Shown: positions 25,724-33,977 of the stretch, piece by piece
How positions within the stretch are numbered: position 1 is the first letter of the stretch
Layout: every line of letters starts with the position of its first letter
Virus record (IMG/VR): IMGVR_UViG_3300047272_000220
Span: 1-33,977 of that record
Length of the DNA stretch: 33,977 bases
Strand: one strand, 5' to 3'
Source: a virus
Lineage: Duplodnaviria > Caudoviricetes
Notes under the pieces: generated by a model
Database searches by the model: none
What the model saw: only the letters and a program-made list of their open reading frames with translations
What the model was told of the DNA's origin: nothing
Position numbers and translations under genes: made by a program

Positions 25724-26196
25724 AGCGCAAGTGTACAAAGCGTTACACCATGATGGATGAGCTGCTGGCCAGTCCGACCGAGCCTTTGCCACAGGCTTGG
25801 CGGACGCACCAGCTCACCAAGATGTACGAAGGCCTGCACCAGCTCGAGCAAGGCGAAAGCCCGACTCCTGATGATTGGAGGATCTGTTCGGACGCCGTGA
25901 ACCTGGTCGAGACGCTGGTGGTCGAGATGAAGGTCTGCGAGGACGCCAACGGCCTTTTGATGGACGCCATTACGGCCTTGGCCAAGGCAGGCAAGCGCAG
26001 CAAGGCCGGACAAGGCCTGCGCCTGGATGGTGAAGGCATCGTGGCCGTGCGCTCGATCCTGCGCGACTACGCCGAGCTGATCGACGTGCTGCCAGCCAGG
26101 ATGATGGTGCGATGCCATCGGCTGACCGAGAAACGCATCCAGGACATGCTGGACGGAAAGCGCAGGCCGCATGATGTGGAAATCTGCGACTTATAG
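25720..26196 (+). CDS. hypothetical protein
   Basis: GTGA-coupled start; 158 aa helical. Confidence 0.65.
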   Translation: MKRKCTKRYTMMDELLASPTEPLPQAWRTHQLTKMYEGLHQLEQGESPTPDDWRICSDAVNLVETLVVEMKVCEDANGLLMDAITALAKAGKRSKAGQGLRLDGEGIVAVRSILRDYAELIDVLPARMMVRCHRLTEKRIQDMLDGKRRPHDVEICDL

Positions 26197-26249
26197 GGAT
26201 AACCCCTACAAAATAATCTTGCATTACTTGTGGGTGTTCGTGGTACTAT
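26194..26249 (+). promoter_or_regulatory. second early promoter with upstream palindrome
   Basis: TAGGG-N5-CCCTA (26194-26208); TTGCAT-19-(TGg)TACTAT. Confidence 0.6.
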
Positions 26250-26274
26250 CAAGGCATCAACACAGGAGAACTCG

Positions 26275-26439
26275 ATGAAGCACTGGAAACACACTCAACA
26301 CCCCTACAGCGACGAGATCAAGCGCCGTTTGTTTGTCACCAAAACACAGCGCCGCTGCGAGGCTGCTGCAGACTACCTGCTGGCCTTGGCCATCGGATGC
26401 GGCCTTGCTGCCCTGCTGGTTGCCTGGTGGAGCTCATGA
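26275..26439 (+). CDS. small protein with C-terminal TM helix
   Basis: AGGAG RBS; DYLLALAIGCGLAALLVAWWS. Confidence 0.65.
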   Translation: MKHWKHTQHPYSDEIKRRLFVTKTQRRCEAAADYLLALAIGCGLAALLVAWWSS

Positions 26440-26687
26440 TGGAAATCGAAAGCCGCATCTCAGGAATCCCATGCCTGATCCGTGTGACCCACTTCGAAAG
26501 CGTGCGCGGGTCGTACAGCTACAACGCGCCCAGCGACATGGACTATTACGGCTACAGCGAGTGCGAGTGGGAAGTGCTCGACCGCAATGGCCGCCCGGCT
26601 GCCTGGCTGGAGCGCAAGCTCACGGATGCCGACCGCAGCCGCATCGATCAGGAGATCGAGGAAGCCATGACCGAGGATGCGTACTGA
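26436..26687 (+). CDS. hypothetical protein
   Basis: GIPCLI...DYYGY...WEVLDRNGRPAAWLERK. Confidence 0.7.
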   Translation: MMEIESRISGIPCLIRVTHFESVRGSYSYNAPSDMDYYGYSECEWEVLDRNGRPAAWLERKLTDADRSRIDQEIEEAMTEDAY

Positions 26688-26911
26688 TGGACGCGCTCGA
26701 ACACTATGACCAGCTTTATGGTGACCTGGGTCTGTCACCAAACGACGCAGCCAAGTGGGTGTTCATCTCAGGCTGGAACAGCGCCATGCAGGAAGCTATG
26801 AAGCGTGTGCAGGCCATGCCGTTTGGCAACGACACCAAGGCCAGCTTTTCCATTTATTTTCAGCAAATGATGAAGGTCGATGCTGACGAGATCAAGGCAG
26901 GCATGCAATGA
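26687..26911 (+). CDS. hypothetical protein
   Basis: TGATG-coupled start. Confidence 0.65.
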   Translation: MDALEHYDQLYGDLGLSPNDAAKWVFISGWNSAMQEAMKRVQAMPFGNDTKASFSIYFQQMMKVDADEIKAGMQ

Positions 26912-27363
26912 CCAAAGACGAAGCACTCGACTTGGCGCTGGAGGCGCTGGAGGAAAATGGCAGGCTTTCTGCGATGGCAATCCTCCGCACCGCCATCGCA
27001 GAGGCTGAGACGCAGGAGCCGGTGGCGTGGGTTGCTGATGGCGTTCTGATGAAGATTGGAATCCCCGAGAAATATACCGGATACCTCTACACCACCCCAC
27101 CCGCAGCCCCTGTGCAGGAGCCTGTGGCGTGGGCCACGATGCTTGGCAGTTATGCCCATGTGTCGTGGGGTAAAGATCGGCCTGACTATCCGATTCGCTA
27201 CGAAGTGCCCCTCTACACCACCCCACAACCAAAGCGGCAATGGGTTGGGCTTTCAGAGGAAGAAATCGACAAACTCAAACACCTGATCGACTGGACAGCA
27301 ACTTGGTCACATGGCCGGTTTGCTTACGAGATTGAGCAACTTTTAAAGGAGAAAAACGCATGA
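26908..27363 (+). CDS. modular hypothetical protein with two QEPVAW...LYTTP units
   Basis: Internal peptide and nucleotide repeats. Confidence 0.7.
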   Translation: MTKDEALDLALEALEENGRLSAMAILRTAIAEAETQEPVAWVADGVLMKIGIPEKYTGYLYTTPPAAPVQEPVAWATMLGSYAHVSWGKDRPDYPIRYEVPLYTTPQPKRQWVGLSEEEIDKLKHLIDWTATWSHGRFAYEIEQLLKEKNA

Positions 27364-27716
27364 ACTTCACACTTGAGCAAGCAATGGAAAAATTTCCACA
27401 AATCAAACATTGGCATGAGCAATATATGAAATCAAACTCAACATTTGTTGATTTGTACACAAGCGAGGCTGATACCGCAGAACTGCTGCGCCTAGGCCAA
27501 ATGCCAAAACCTTTGCGCCTTGCCGCTGGACTGGAAAAGACCATGCAGTGGCCATTGCATGGCAAAGCTGCCGACTGCTTGCGCGAGATGTATGACTTGC
27601 TGATAGGCTGCGAAAACGAGATGCGTTACGCAGGATGGGATAAGCGTGAGGCCGACAATCCTGCAAGGAATGATGTGTACGAGGAAGTCAAAAGCCTTCT
27701 TGGAAAAAACACATGA
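27360..27716 (+). CDS. hypothetical protein
   Basis: AAGGAG RBS, ATGA coupling. Confidence 0.65.
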   Translation: MNFTLEQAMEKFPQIKHWHEQYMKSNSTFVDLYTSEADTAELLRLGQMPKPLRLAAGLEKTMQWPLHGKAADCLREMYDLLIGCENEMRYAGWDKREADNPARNDVYEEVKSLLGKNT

Positions 27717-27928
27717 GCAACGTTATCCCATTCAACGGCATCACCAAGCTCGACCTCAATGCGGACATCGTGCTGGAAAACACCAAGGGCAAGCTGGAAG
27801 GCTTTTTCATCTGCGGGTACGACAAAGACGGACAGGAGTATTTCGCCAGCACCTATGCTGACGGTGGCGATGTGCTTTGGCTGCTGGAGCGCATGAAGCT
27901 AAGACTGCTGACAGTAGAGGTGGATTAA
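27713..27928 (+). CDS. hypothetical protein
   Basis: 71 aa, last plus-strand gene, convergent with the late operon. Confidence 0.65.
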   Translation: MSNVIPFNGITKLDLNADIVLENTKGKLEGFFICGYDKDGQEYFASTYADGGDVLWLLERMKLRLLTVEVD

Positions 27929-28140
27929 CGCTTTCCAGCCCTCTGCCTAGCGTTGGTATCAGCCTGCCACTGATCTCGGCACTCAGGGCCGCAGAAGCGC
28001 CTGTCAGCGGCCACAGGCTCTTCGCAGTAGTGGCACAGGCCAGTCGGCTCAAGTCGCTGGTGTGGCTGCCTGGCGGATGTCAGGCAGGCCTCGCGCTCTT
28101 GTTCTTCTCGGATGGTGGCTTGGTCGGAAATGTCGGTCAT
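27925..28140 (-). CDS. TraR/DksA-like C4 zinc-finger protein
   Basis: MTDISDQA...CHYCEE...RRFCGPECRD. Confidence 0.65.
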   Translation of the reverse strand: MTDISDQATIREEQEREACLTSARQPHQRLEPTGLCHYCEEPVAADRRFCGPECRDQWQADTNARQRAGKR

Positions 28141-28167
28141 AAAAAAGACCCGGCACAGAGGCCGGGT
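28141..28167 (-). terminator. rho-independent terminator after the lysis cassette
   Basis: ACCCGGC/GCCGGGT stem followed by CTTTTTT on the minus strand. Confidence 0.75.
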
Positions 28168-28197
28168 AAGGCTGCCGAAGCAGCAGGAGACAACCTG

Positions 28198-28587
28198 CTA
28201 TCGCTTCATGGCTGCTGCAATGGATGGGGCCACCTTCTCGACGCTACGGCCTACGACATACCCACCAAGGCCAAACTCGACAATGCTCCAGAGCTTGAGG
28301 TATTCAGCCTCTTGCAGCCCAGGAGCAGCCCAGCCAAACCACCTGGCCACGATCAGGCCGACAAACACCAGCATGGTAAGTGGTCGCCAGTTGGCCGCCA
28401 GCCAGTGCGTGCTGGCTGCCTCGGTGTTGATAATCTTGGCCGCAGCCGATTCGATCTCAGCCTGGTGGTTCAGCAGCTGGCGCATGGCCTCTGCCTCTGC
28501 CTTGGCCTTTTCTGTCGGGTCAGGAAACAGGCTGCCAACGATCTGGCCTATGATCGGGGCCAGAGCCGGGACAAGTGCTTGGATCAT
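28198..28587 (-). CDS. holin (GTA 3TM-like)
   Basis: FPDP...AANWRP...TM...GLGGYVVGRSVEK; adjacent to the endolysin. Confidence 0.75.
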   Translation of the reverse strand: MIQALVPALAPIIGQIVGSLFPDPTEKAKAEAEAMRQLLNHQAEIESAAAKIINTEAASTHWLAANWRPLTMLVFVGLIVARWFGWAAPGLQEAEYLKLWSIVEFGLGGYVVGRSVEKVAPSIAAAMKR

Positions 28588-28955
28588 TGGTACTCCCAGA
28601 TCACGTTGGACGGAAGGCCATGGCCACCAAGGCCAAGGTGCACGAAGTTCTTGGCAATGCCGATGCGGTGAAATCCGTGCTTGAGCGCCAGGCGGATCAG
28701 GTCGAATCTGTCGCTCCCAGATGTGCACGCAATGTCGCAGCACATGCCACGGGTATGCTCGCCATCAGATCGGCCTTTCCTGGCCTCCACGGGGTGCGTT
28801 GGGTGCCTGTAGCCGCTGGTGATGGTCATGGGCCGACTGTACTCGGTGCGCAAGGCCTGAAGGCGCTCCATGAAGTCAGGGAGCATGCCATTCAGGCCGG
28901 TGTGCTTGCAGTCGAACTCGGCCTTGGTGAAGTTGGGGTAGTCCGACCAATCCAT
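28584..28955 (-). CDS. endolysin, peptidase M15 family
   Basis: NFTKAEFDC...ITSGYR...H...CCDI...RIGIAKNFVHL. Confidence 0.85.
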   Translation of the reverse strand: MDWSDYPNFTKAEFDCKHTGLNGMLPDFMERLQALRTEYSRPMTITSGYRHPTHPVEARKGRSDGEHTRGMCCDIACTSGSDRFDLIRLALKHGFHRIGIAKNFVHLGLGGHGLPSNVIWEYQ

Positions 28956-28956
28956 T

Positions 28957-29178
28957 TTAGTTGCCTTTCCAATGGCTTGTCAGGAATCCAATGAATCCAG
29001 ACACGCCAGAAGCGACAGCCATGCCGAACCACAAGCCACCCTTGCCTTTGTTGGCCAGGGCCAGCAGCTCTTCGATCTGGCGCTCCATCTTGTCAACTTT
29101 GCGATCCATGTCCTGCACGCGCTGCCACAGAACTCCATACTTCACGAGGTCAATGCCGCCATCCTTCTCTTCCGCCAT
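28957..29178 (-). CDS. small coiled-coil plus TM protein (holin-associated)
   Basis: Coiled coil then KGKGGLW and a TM segment; GGAG RBS before ATG 29178. Confidence 0.6.
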   Translation of the reverse strand: MAEEKDGGIDLVKYGVLWQRVQDMDRKVDKMERQIEELLALANKGKGGLWFGMAVASGVSGFIGFLTSHWKGN

Positions 29179-29196
29179 GTCAGGACACTCCATCGA

Positions 29197-29550
29197 TTAC
29201 AAGCCCTGGCCGGGCGTGACGTAGACGGTGGTCGCGCCAGAAGCGAGGCCGCTGAAGTAGGTGTCCTTGTTGAAGCGGATGATTTCAACTGCACCAGGCA
29301 CCAGGACGATGGCGTCTGAAGGCGTACCAGCGACAGGAGCAACCGAAGCGGCCTGGGCCAGTGCAGCAGTCGGGCCAGTGCCCAAGAAAACGGTGTTCGT
29401 TCCTGCGTTCACAAAGCGATATTGGCCTGCGTTCTGAGGGTTGAACTTCTCATAGACCGGAGCCTGCACGCCTGTGGGTGCAGTGCCAGATGCGGCCACG
29501 ACTACAGTCTTACCAAGGGGGGTGAATGCAATTTGCGAATTTGTAGACAT
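29197..29550 (-). CDS. putative structural protein
   Basis: MSTNSQIAFTPLG...VYVTPGQG; AGGA RBS. Confidence 0.65.
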   Translation of the reverse strand: MSTNSQIAFTPLGKTVVVAASGTAPTGVQAPVYEKFNPQNAGQYRFVNAGTNTVFLGTGPTAALAQAASVAPVAGTPSDAIVLVPGAVEIIRFNKDTYFSGLASGATTVYVTPGQGL

Positions 29551-29564
29551 GATTTTTCCTATCG

Positions 29565-29990
29565 TTAAGCGGTACGGGTTACAACCCAGTCCCAAGTGGT
29601 TGAACCGAAGCCAGCTCCAATGGCTAACTGAATATTTAGTCCGCTGGACACAATATTCATGTCCAGAACAGGATTGGTGTTGTCTTGCGCAATACGCAGG
29701 CACTTGGAGCCAGAACCAAACGCAAAAACATAACCAACCACATGATTGTTAGTTCCACCGGACTGGCGAACGGATAGCAAGTATGTTTGATTTACTGCTG
29801 TGTTTGCCAGCGTAAACATTGTGGTGGTAGATCCACCAGCGGCTGTAATTTGTCCTTTGAAATTATTAACAGCACTAACCCCGTTAAGGGTTCCACCTGT
29901 AATGGCCACTGCATTGGCGTTTTGCGTCGCCATCGTGCCGAGGCCGACGACGTTTGCAACTGGTATTTGATTGTTTACCGTTTTTAACAT
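29565..29990 (-). CDS. short tail-fibre-like protein sharing the tailspike C-terminal domain
   Basis: GLGTMATQNANAVAITGG fibre motif; C-terminus aligns with the tailspike C-terminus. Confidence 0.7.
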   Translation of the reverse strand: MLKTVNNQIPVANVVGLGTMATQNANAVAITGGTLNGVSAVNNFKGQITAAGGSTTTMFTLANTAVNQTYLLSVRQSGGTNNHVVGYVFAFGSGSKCLRIAQDNTNPVLDMNIVSSGLNIQLAIGAGFGSTTWDWVVTRTA

Positions 29991-30000
29991 TTGTCGCTCC

Positions 30001-30333
30001 TTACGCTGTCATCCAAGGCAAAGAGACTTCAACGGTTTTTGGCTGTGCTTTTTCTTGCAGCAGTGCGTCAAGTTGCTCTTTGATGGACGATTGAACAGCA
30101 TCACCCATCGCGCCTTGCACCCAGCCGACAACTGTGGCCAAGTCCAACTGATCGGCAGGTGTAAAGTGACCGTCCGGTGTGAATGGGATCATTTGAGTTC
30201 CGCTTGTGGACACGGTGTTATTGCCATCCTCAGCAGAACAGGCCCAATCAACGCTGTAAACAACGTCCTTGAGTCCTTGTTCCTCGGTGTGCGCGACCAT
30301 TTTCTTGATTGACCATGTGTACTTGTTTGCCAT
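30001..30333 (-). CDS. conserved tail-associated hypothetical protein
   Basis: YTWSI...DVVYSVDW...FTP.DQL....VVGWV...LPW. Confidence 0.7.
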   Translation of the reverse strand: MANKYTWSIKKMVAHTEEQGLKDVVYSVDWACSAEDGNNTVSTSGTQMIPFTPDGHFTPADQLDLATVVGWVQGAMGDAVQSSIKEQLDALLQEKAQPKTVEVSLPWMTA

Positions 30334-30348
30334 TTTGATTCTCCTGAA

Positions 30349-32307
30349 TTAAACGAGACGAGTGATTGCCCAGCGCCATGTGACAACGCCAAACCCTGAG
30401 CCTACAACCAACTGAAGTTGCAAGCCTGTGAACTGGAAGTCCAAAGCAGTTGCGCCGGGGGATGCTGTATCTCCAGCAACACGCACGGCCTTTGCACTTG
30501 CGCCATACACGTTCAACATGTAAATCACTGTGTTGCTGCTGCCACCTTGTTGGGAGGCCGTTGCGATGTAGACCTGCTGCTGTGCCGTATTTGCCAATGT
30601 TGTCAGGTTGAGCGTTTCAGCAACACCAGAACCAGCACTCGCAATTTGACCAGTCTGCAAGTAATTGCGTCCAGCATTGTTGATTGTGCTGTTTCCAATG
30701 AGGCTGTCATATATTTCAACATTCCTGCCAGAATAAGCACCGCCGCTTGAGTAACGATTAAAACCAGAAACTGTGCCAGTGCCTGCCACCAAAGTCGCAG
30801 TTGGCAGTGCCATGTAGTTATTGTCGAACACGAGCATGTTTGCGTTGTTGACATCCACCACATACGGCTGGGTTTGACCTCCGCCAATGAAGAAATTGTT
30901 GCCAGTGGCAGAAACGCGACCAGATGAAATGCGAATGGCCGCAGCTTCACCAGCCACAGCGTTCTGGTCAATATCCCAATCTTGGAATGAGCATCCTGTG
31001 ATGTTGACAGACCCAATGTTGCTGTTGAGATAAATCGGGTTGCGGTTGATGTCTCGGAAAGTGCAAGCACTGATGGTCAAGCCATCAACATTGTCACCAG
31101 CGTAGACGCCAAACGGTGTGTAACTGGTTGGGGTGTACCCGCTGCCAACTCCACGAAACTGCACGTTGTTGATGGATACGTCTTTGACGTATTCCATGTA
31201 CACGCACCCGTCAATTTTGTTTGGGCTGGCAACTGCCGTCACGATGAACGAGTTGGAAATGTGGACTTGCTGCACACGGTTGGCACCCGTTCCAACAATG
31301 TCAACCACTGGTCGATTGATGCCATATGTTTCACCGGCATACAAGTTCACGATGCTGGTGTTGATGTGGTTGGTGCTGTTGTCAAACGGACGCAGAGACA
31401 CACAGGCGCTGGTGCCGCCGTTTGCCCAAATGTTTGCAATTCGGTTGCCGCCAGCGGCCATCAACAAACAGATGGCCCCACCAGTAAATTCCGAATCAGA
31501 AGCTGCGCTGTCTGACCACATATGGCATTGAATGTTGCTACCAGCCATGAAGCAACGGTCAATGCGCATCAGCCCTTGCTTTGAATAAACACCGTAGCTG
31601 ACGCCGTTGTAAACACCGCACTCAACAAACGTCAAAAACGCACCAAAAGTAGCATCGACGCACTTGTCTGCCTTGTTTTCTCCTTCGATTCGCATCAAAG
31701 AAAAAGTGATGTTGTCCGCACCATTGCCAATCGAAAACACGCTGTTTTGGCCAAGCGTTCTAGCCATCACAACAGTCTTTTGATTGTTGTTGTAATGATA
31801 GAAACCGTCGCCGTGATATGTAGAGCCTCGAGCAGCTGTCGGAATGATGATTTCATCAACAAGGTAAACACCCTGCGGGAAATACACGGACTTGTTGGTA
31901 TTGATGGCAGCTTGAACTGCTGCTGTGTCGTCGGTCACGCCATCACCAACAGCGCCAAAATCCTTGACGTTTGTGATTCCGAGAGAGGTCAGCGTGATGA
32001 TGTTTCCATACCGCTCAGTTGCAGCTGGTGCGCTGTAGACCAGGCTGCCTTTGGAGTTCATCACGCGGATGCTGTAGTCGCTGTTGACGTACAAGCGTGC
32101 AGGCGTTCCGTTGCGCGATGGGTATCCGTTGATGGTGCGGATAGGCTGAGGTGCCGAAATTGTCAGTGCGGCATCCCAGTAGACGTTGATGGGGTTGACC
32201 TGAGGGTCTAGGTTGGCTTCTCCGAGCCAGATGTAGCCGTTTTCCAGCGGCTGCCCATCCGTCTCCGTGAAGATCGGGAAGGTGGGCTGAATGCTGAGTG
32301 CGGACAT
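30349..32307 (-). CDS. tailspike/receptor-binding protein (head-binding domain plus pectate-lyase-like beta-helix)
   Basis: DGQPLENGYIWLG...QPIRT.NGY head-binding-like domain; NVKDFGAVGDGVTDDTAAVQAA; Asn/Gly-rich beta-helix. Confidence 0.88.
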   Translation of the reverse strand: MSALSIQPTFPIFTETDGQPLENGYIWLGEANLDPQVNPINVYWDAALTISAPQPIRTINGYPSRNGTPARLYVNSDYSIRVMNSKGSLVYSAPAATERYGNIITLTSLGITNVKDFGAVGDGVTDDTAAVQAAINTNKSVYFPQGVYLVDEIIIPTAARGSTYHGDGFYHYNNNQKTVVMARTLGQNSVFSIGNGADNITFSLMRIEGENKADKCVDATFGAFLTFVECGVYNGVSYGVYSKQGLMRIDRCFMAGSNIQCHMWSDSAASDSEFTGGAICLLMAAGGNRIANIWANGGTSACVSLRPFDNSTNHINTSIVNLYAGETYGINRPVVDIVGTGANRVQQVHISNSFIVTAVASPNKIDGCVYMEYVKDVSINNVQFRGVGSGYTPTSYTPFGVYAGDNVDGLTISACTFRDINRNPIYLNSNIGSVNITGCSFQDWDIDQNAVAGEAAAIRISSGRVSATGNNFFIGGGQTQPYVVDVNNANMLVFDNNYMALPTATLVAGTGTVSGFNRYSSGGAYSGRNVEIYDSLIGNSTINNAGRNYLQTGQIASAGSGVAETLNLTTLANTAQQQVYIATASQQGGSSNTVIYMLNVYGASAKAVRVAGDTASPGATALDFQFTGLQLQLVVGSGFGVVTWRWAITRLV

Positions 32308-33977
32308 TTACTGGTTCTCCTGGTCAAATTGGCGTCCTGTCTGGACAGCGGATTGCAGCCACTGCACTCTCGCGTCCAGGGATTGTGGCAGCTTTGCTGC
32401 GTTTGCGAAATCGGAAAATGCCTTGCTCGCTGCAGTGCGACGGAGCACAGCCTGGCTTGGCTCGGTCTTTGTTGCGGCCTCGATGGCCAGCTTCTGGAAG
32501 TCGTCGCTGGCAAATAGCTTACCTGCAGCTTTCACCGCATCTGCGTTGTTCTTGGACATGAACTGAACGATGTCAGGTGCAACAAAGCCGCCGCCAGGGA
32601 TTGCACTTGCTGCACCTGTGACGACGCGTTGGGCTGTCGTGCTTTGCATTACCTTTCCGATCAAGCCTTCAGCCTTCATGGCCTCCACCAGCGCCTGGTT
32701 GGCCTTTCCGGTGGTGAGCACCTGGGCGCGTGCGTCGGTGATCCTGCGCGAGATTTCGAACAGGTCGCGCAGCACCGGGTCTGCATCCTTGCCTAGCACC
32801 TCGATCACCTGCTTGTAGACAGGTGGATTGGCACGCAGGCCGCGATAGGTCTTGGCGAACTCAGCAAAACCGAACGCGCCTTCTTGGGCTGCCCGGCCAG
32901 AGCTGGCGACGGATGCCAACGCTGTGGCGATGGTCTCCTTGCGCAACTCAGGCGGCACGACCTTGATCAGTTTGTTGAATTGAGCCGCATCACCCTTGGC
33001 CGCCGACTTGATGGCCGACTGCATGAGGGTTGCCACGCTGCCGTCGCTCTCTTTGCCAAATGCACCGACGATGCGGTTTTCCAGTGCTTTGCGCTTGGCG
33101 GTCAGCAGGTTGGCCGCACGCAGTTCTTGGCGCAGTGCATCGCCTCCGATCTGGCCAACGTTGGTCAGCTGGTCTTCGGCCAAGGCACCATAAAGGCGCT
33201 TGAGATCGCCTGCGGCCATGTTGCCGTAAGGAGACTCCTTGCCAGCCATTGCCTGGCCGATCAAGTTCTTCTCGCGCAGCAGGCGGCCGTATGTCACAGC
33301 AGGGTCGGTGGCCAGCTCGTAGAGCTTCTTTTCCTGTGAGGACAAGCCTTTTTCACCGACCTCGGCCAGCACGTCGTCGAGCGTTTGCGTCAGGCGAGGG
33401 AATTGGACGGTCGCGGTTTTTGGGATCGTGGCATCCACACGCTTGTAGATCACGTCGGCATCATTGAACAGCTGCGTGCGTGTCGTGTTCAGGCTGTCCA
33501 GGATGCGTTGCGAAGTTGCGCCAGGAGCGGGACGACCTTCGATGAAGGCCGCGTCGAACTGCTGCACCACATCGTCGGCCTTGCCGATGGCAGTGCGGAC
33601 GGTGTTCACCCAGGCTGCCTCAGCTTCACCACCGGCCACAGACCGGGTCAAGCCAACGGCCGCACGCACCTGTGGGTTGTCGCTGAACACGTCGAACGGC
33701 AAGTCCATGCCAAGGCGCTCGGCTGCGGAACGGGCCTCAGGGTTTACCTGAGCAACGTCGGCCAGCTTGGCTTTGGCTGCGGCAGAGCCTGGGCCGCTGC
33801 CGGATGCCTTGCGAACCAGGTCGCCAACTTCCTCGAAGGCCTCGGTGGCCACCTGAGCAACAGGAGCGGCTTCGGGTGCCATCGCGGTACCCATTGGTGC
33901 GCCAGCAGGGGCCGCTGGTGCCGTTGGAGCAGCTGGCGCAGGCATTGGCTCAAGCGTTGGCTCAATTCGCGCAGCAG
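32308..33977 (-). CDS. C-terminal part of the large DNA ejection protein (continuation of 1..716)
   Basis: The frame of the 545-aa ORF stays open to the right edge (AARIEPTLEPM...); helical and Ala-rich; directly precedes the tailspike as in P22. Confidence 0.8.
   Translation of the reverse strand, partial: AARIEPTLEPMPAPAAPTAPAAPAGAPMGTAMAPEAAPVAQVATEAFEEVGDLVRKASGSGPGSAAAKAKLADVAQVNPEARSAAERLGMDLPFDVFSDNPQVRAAVGLTRSVAGGEAEAAWVNTVRTAIGKADDVVQQFDAAFIEGRPAPGATSQRILDSLNTTRTQLFNDADVIYKRVDATIPKTATVQFPRLTQTLDDVLAEVGEKGLSSQEKKLYELATDPAVTYGRLLREKNLIGQAMAGKESPYGNMAAGDLKRLYGALAEDQLTNVGQIGGDALRQELRAANLLTAKRKALENRIVGAFGKESDGSVATLMQSAIKSAAKGDAAQFNKLIKVVPPELRKETIATALASVASSGRAAQEGAFGFAEFAKTYRGLRANPPVYKQVIEVLGKDADPVLRDLFEISRRITDARAQVLTTGKANQALVEAMKAEGLIGKVMQSTTAQRVVTGAASAIPGGGFVAPDIVQFMSKNNADAVKAAGKLFASDDFQKLAIEAATKTEPSQAVLRRTAASKAFSDFANAAKLPQSLDARVQWLQSAVQTGRQFDQENQ

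Noticed and set aside
27012-27226. Possible mini-CRISPR array
   Set aside because: Two different repeats with only two copies each, in frame within a coding sequence; no cas genes
29565-30650. Possible DGR template/variable repeat pair
   Set aside because: Similarity is at protein level only, with no near-identical adenine-specific nucleotide repeat, and there is no reverse transcriptase in the window

Overview
The window looks like an essentially complete, circularly permuted ~34 kb tailed-phage genome with a P22/Sf6-like podovirus morphogenesis module. The minus strand carries a Cro-like HTH, a DUF1376/YdaU replication initiator, a P-like loader, NinB, Ref and RusA-like genes, a C5 DNA methyltransferase, terminase, portal, scaffold, coat, gp4/gp10-like tail factors and three ejection proteins; one of these is split across the window ends and is followed by a tailspike and a lysis cassette. 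The plus strand (21.5-27.9 kb) carries early genes: ERF, YqaJ exonuclease, SSB, a DUF2829/Tad2-like protein, an Arc-like RHH protein, a MazG-like NTP-PPase and small ORFs. I found no integrase, cI-type repressor, tRNA, CRISPR array or reverse transcriptase. The most notable signals are: (i) a split C5-MTase whose missing motif IX is encoded by a 237-aa ORF fully nested in another frame, with a G10 tract shared by both frames; (ii) a pseudoknotted structured leader with its own promoter in front of the replication initiator; (iii) RBS-sequestering hairpins with embedded promoter elements on two homing endonuclease genes; (iv) a recurring non-canonical late-promoter motif; (v) a duplicated C-terminal domain shared by the tailspike and a small satellite protein; (vi) HiPIP-like and cupin genes inside the tail module. 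All family calls come from motif recognition by eye, with no database searches.
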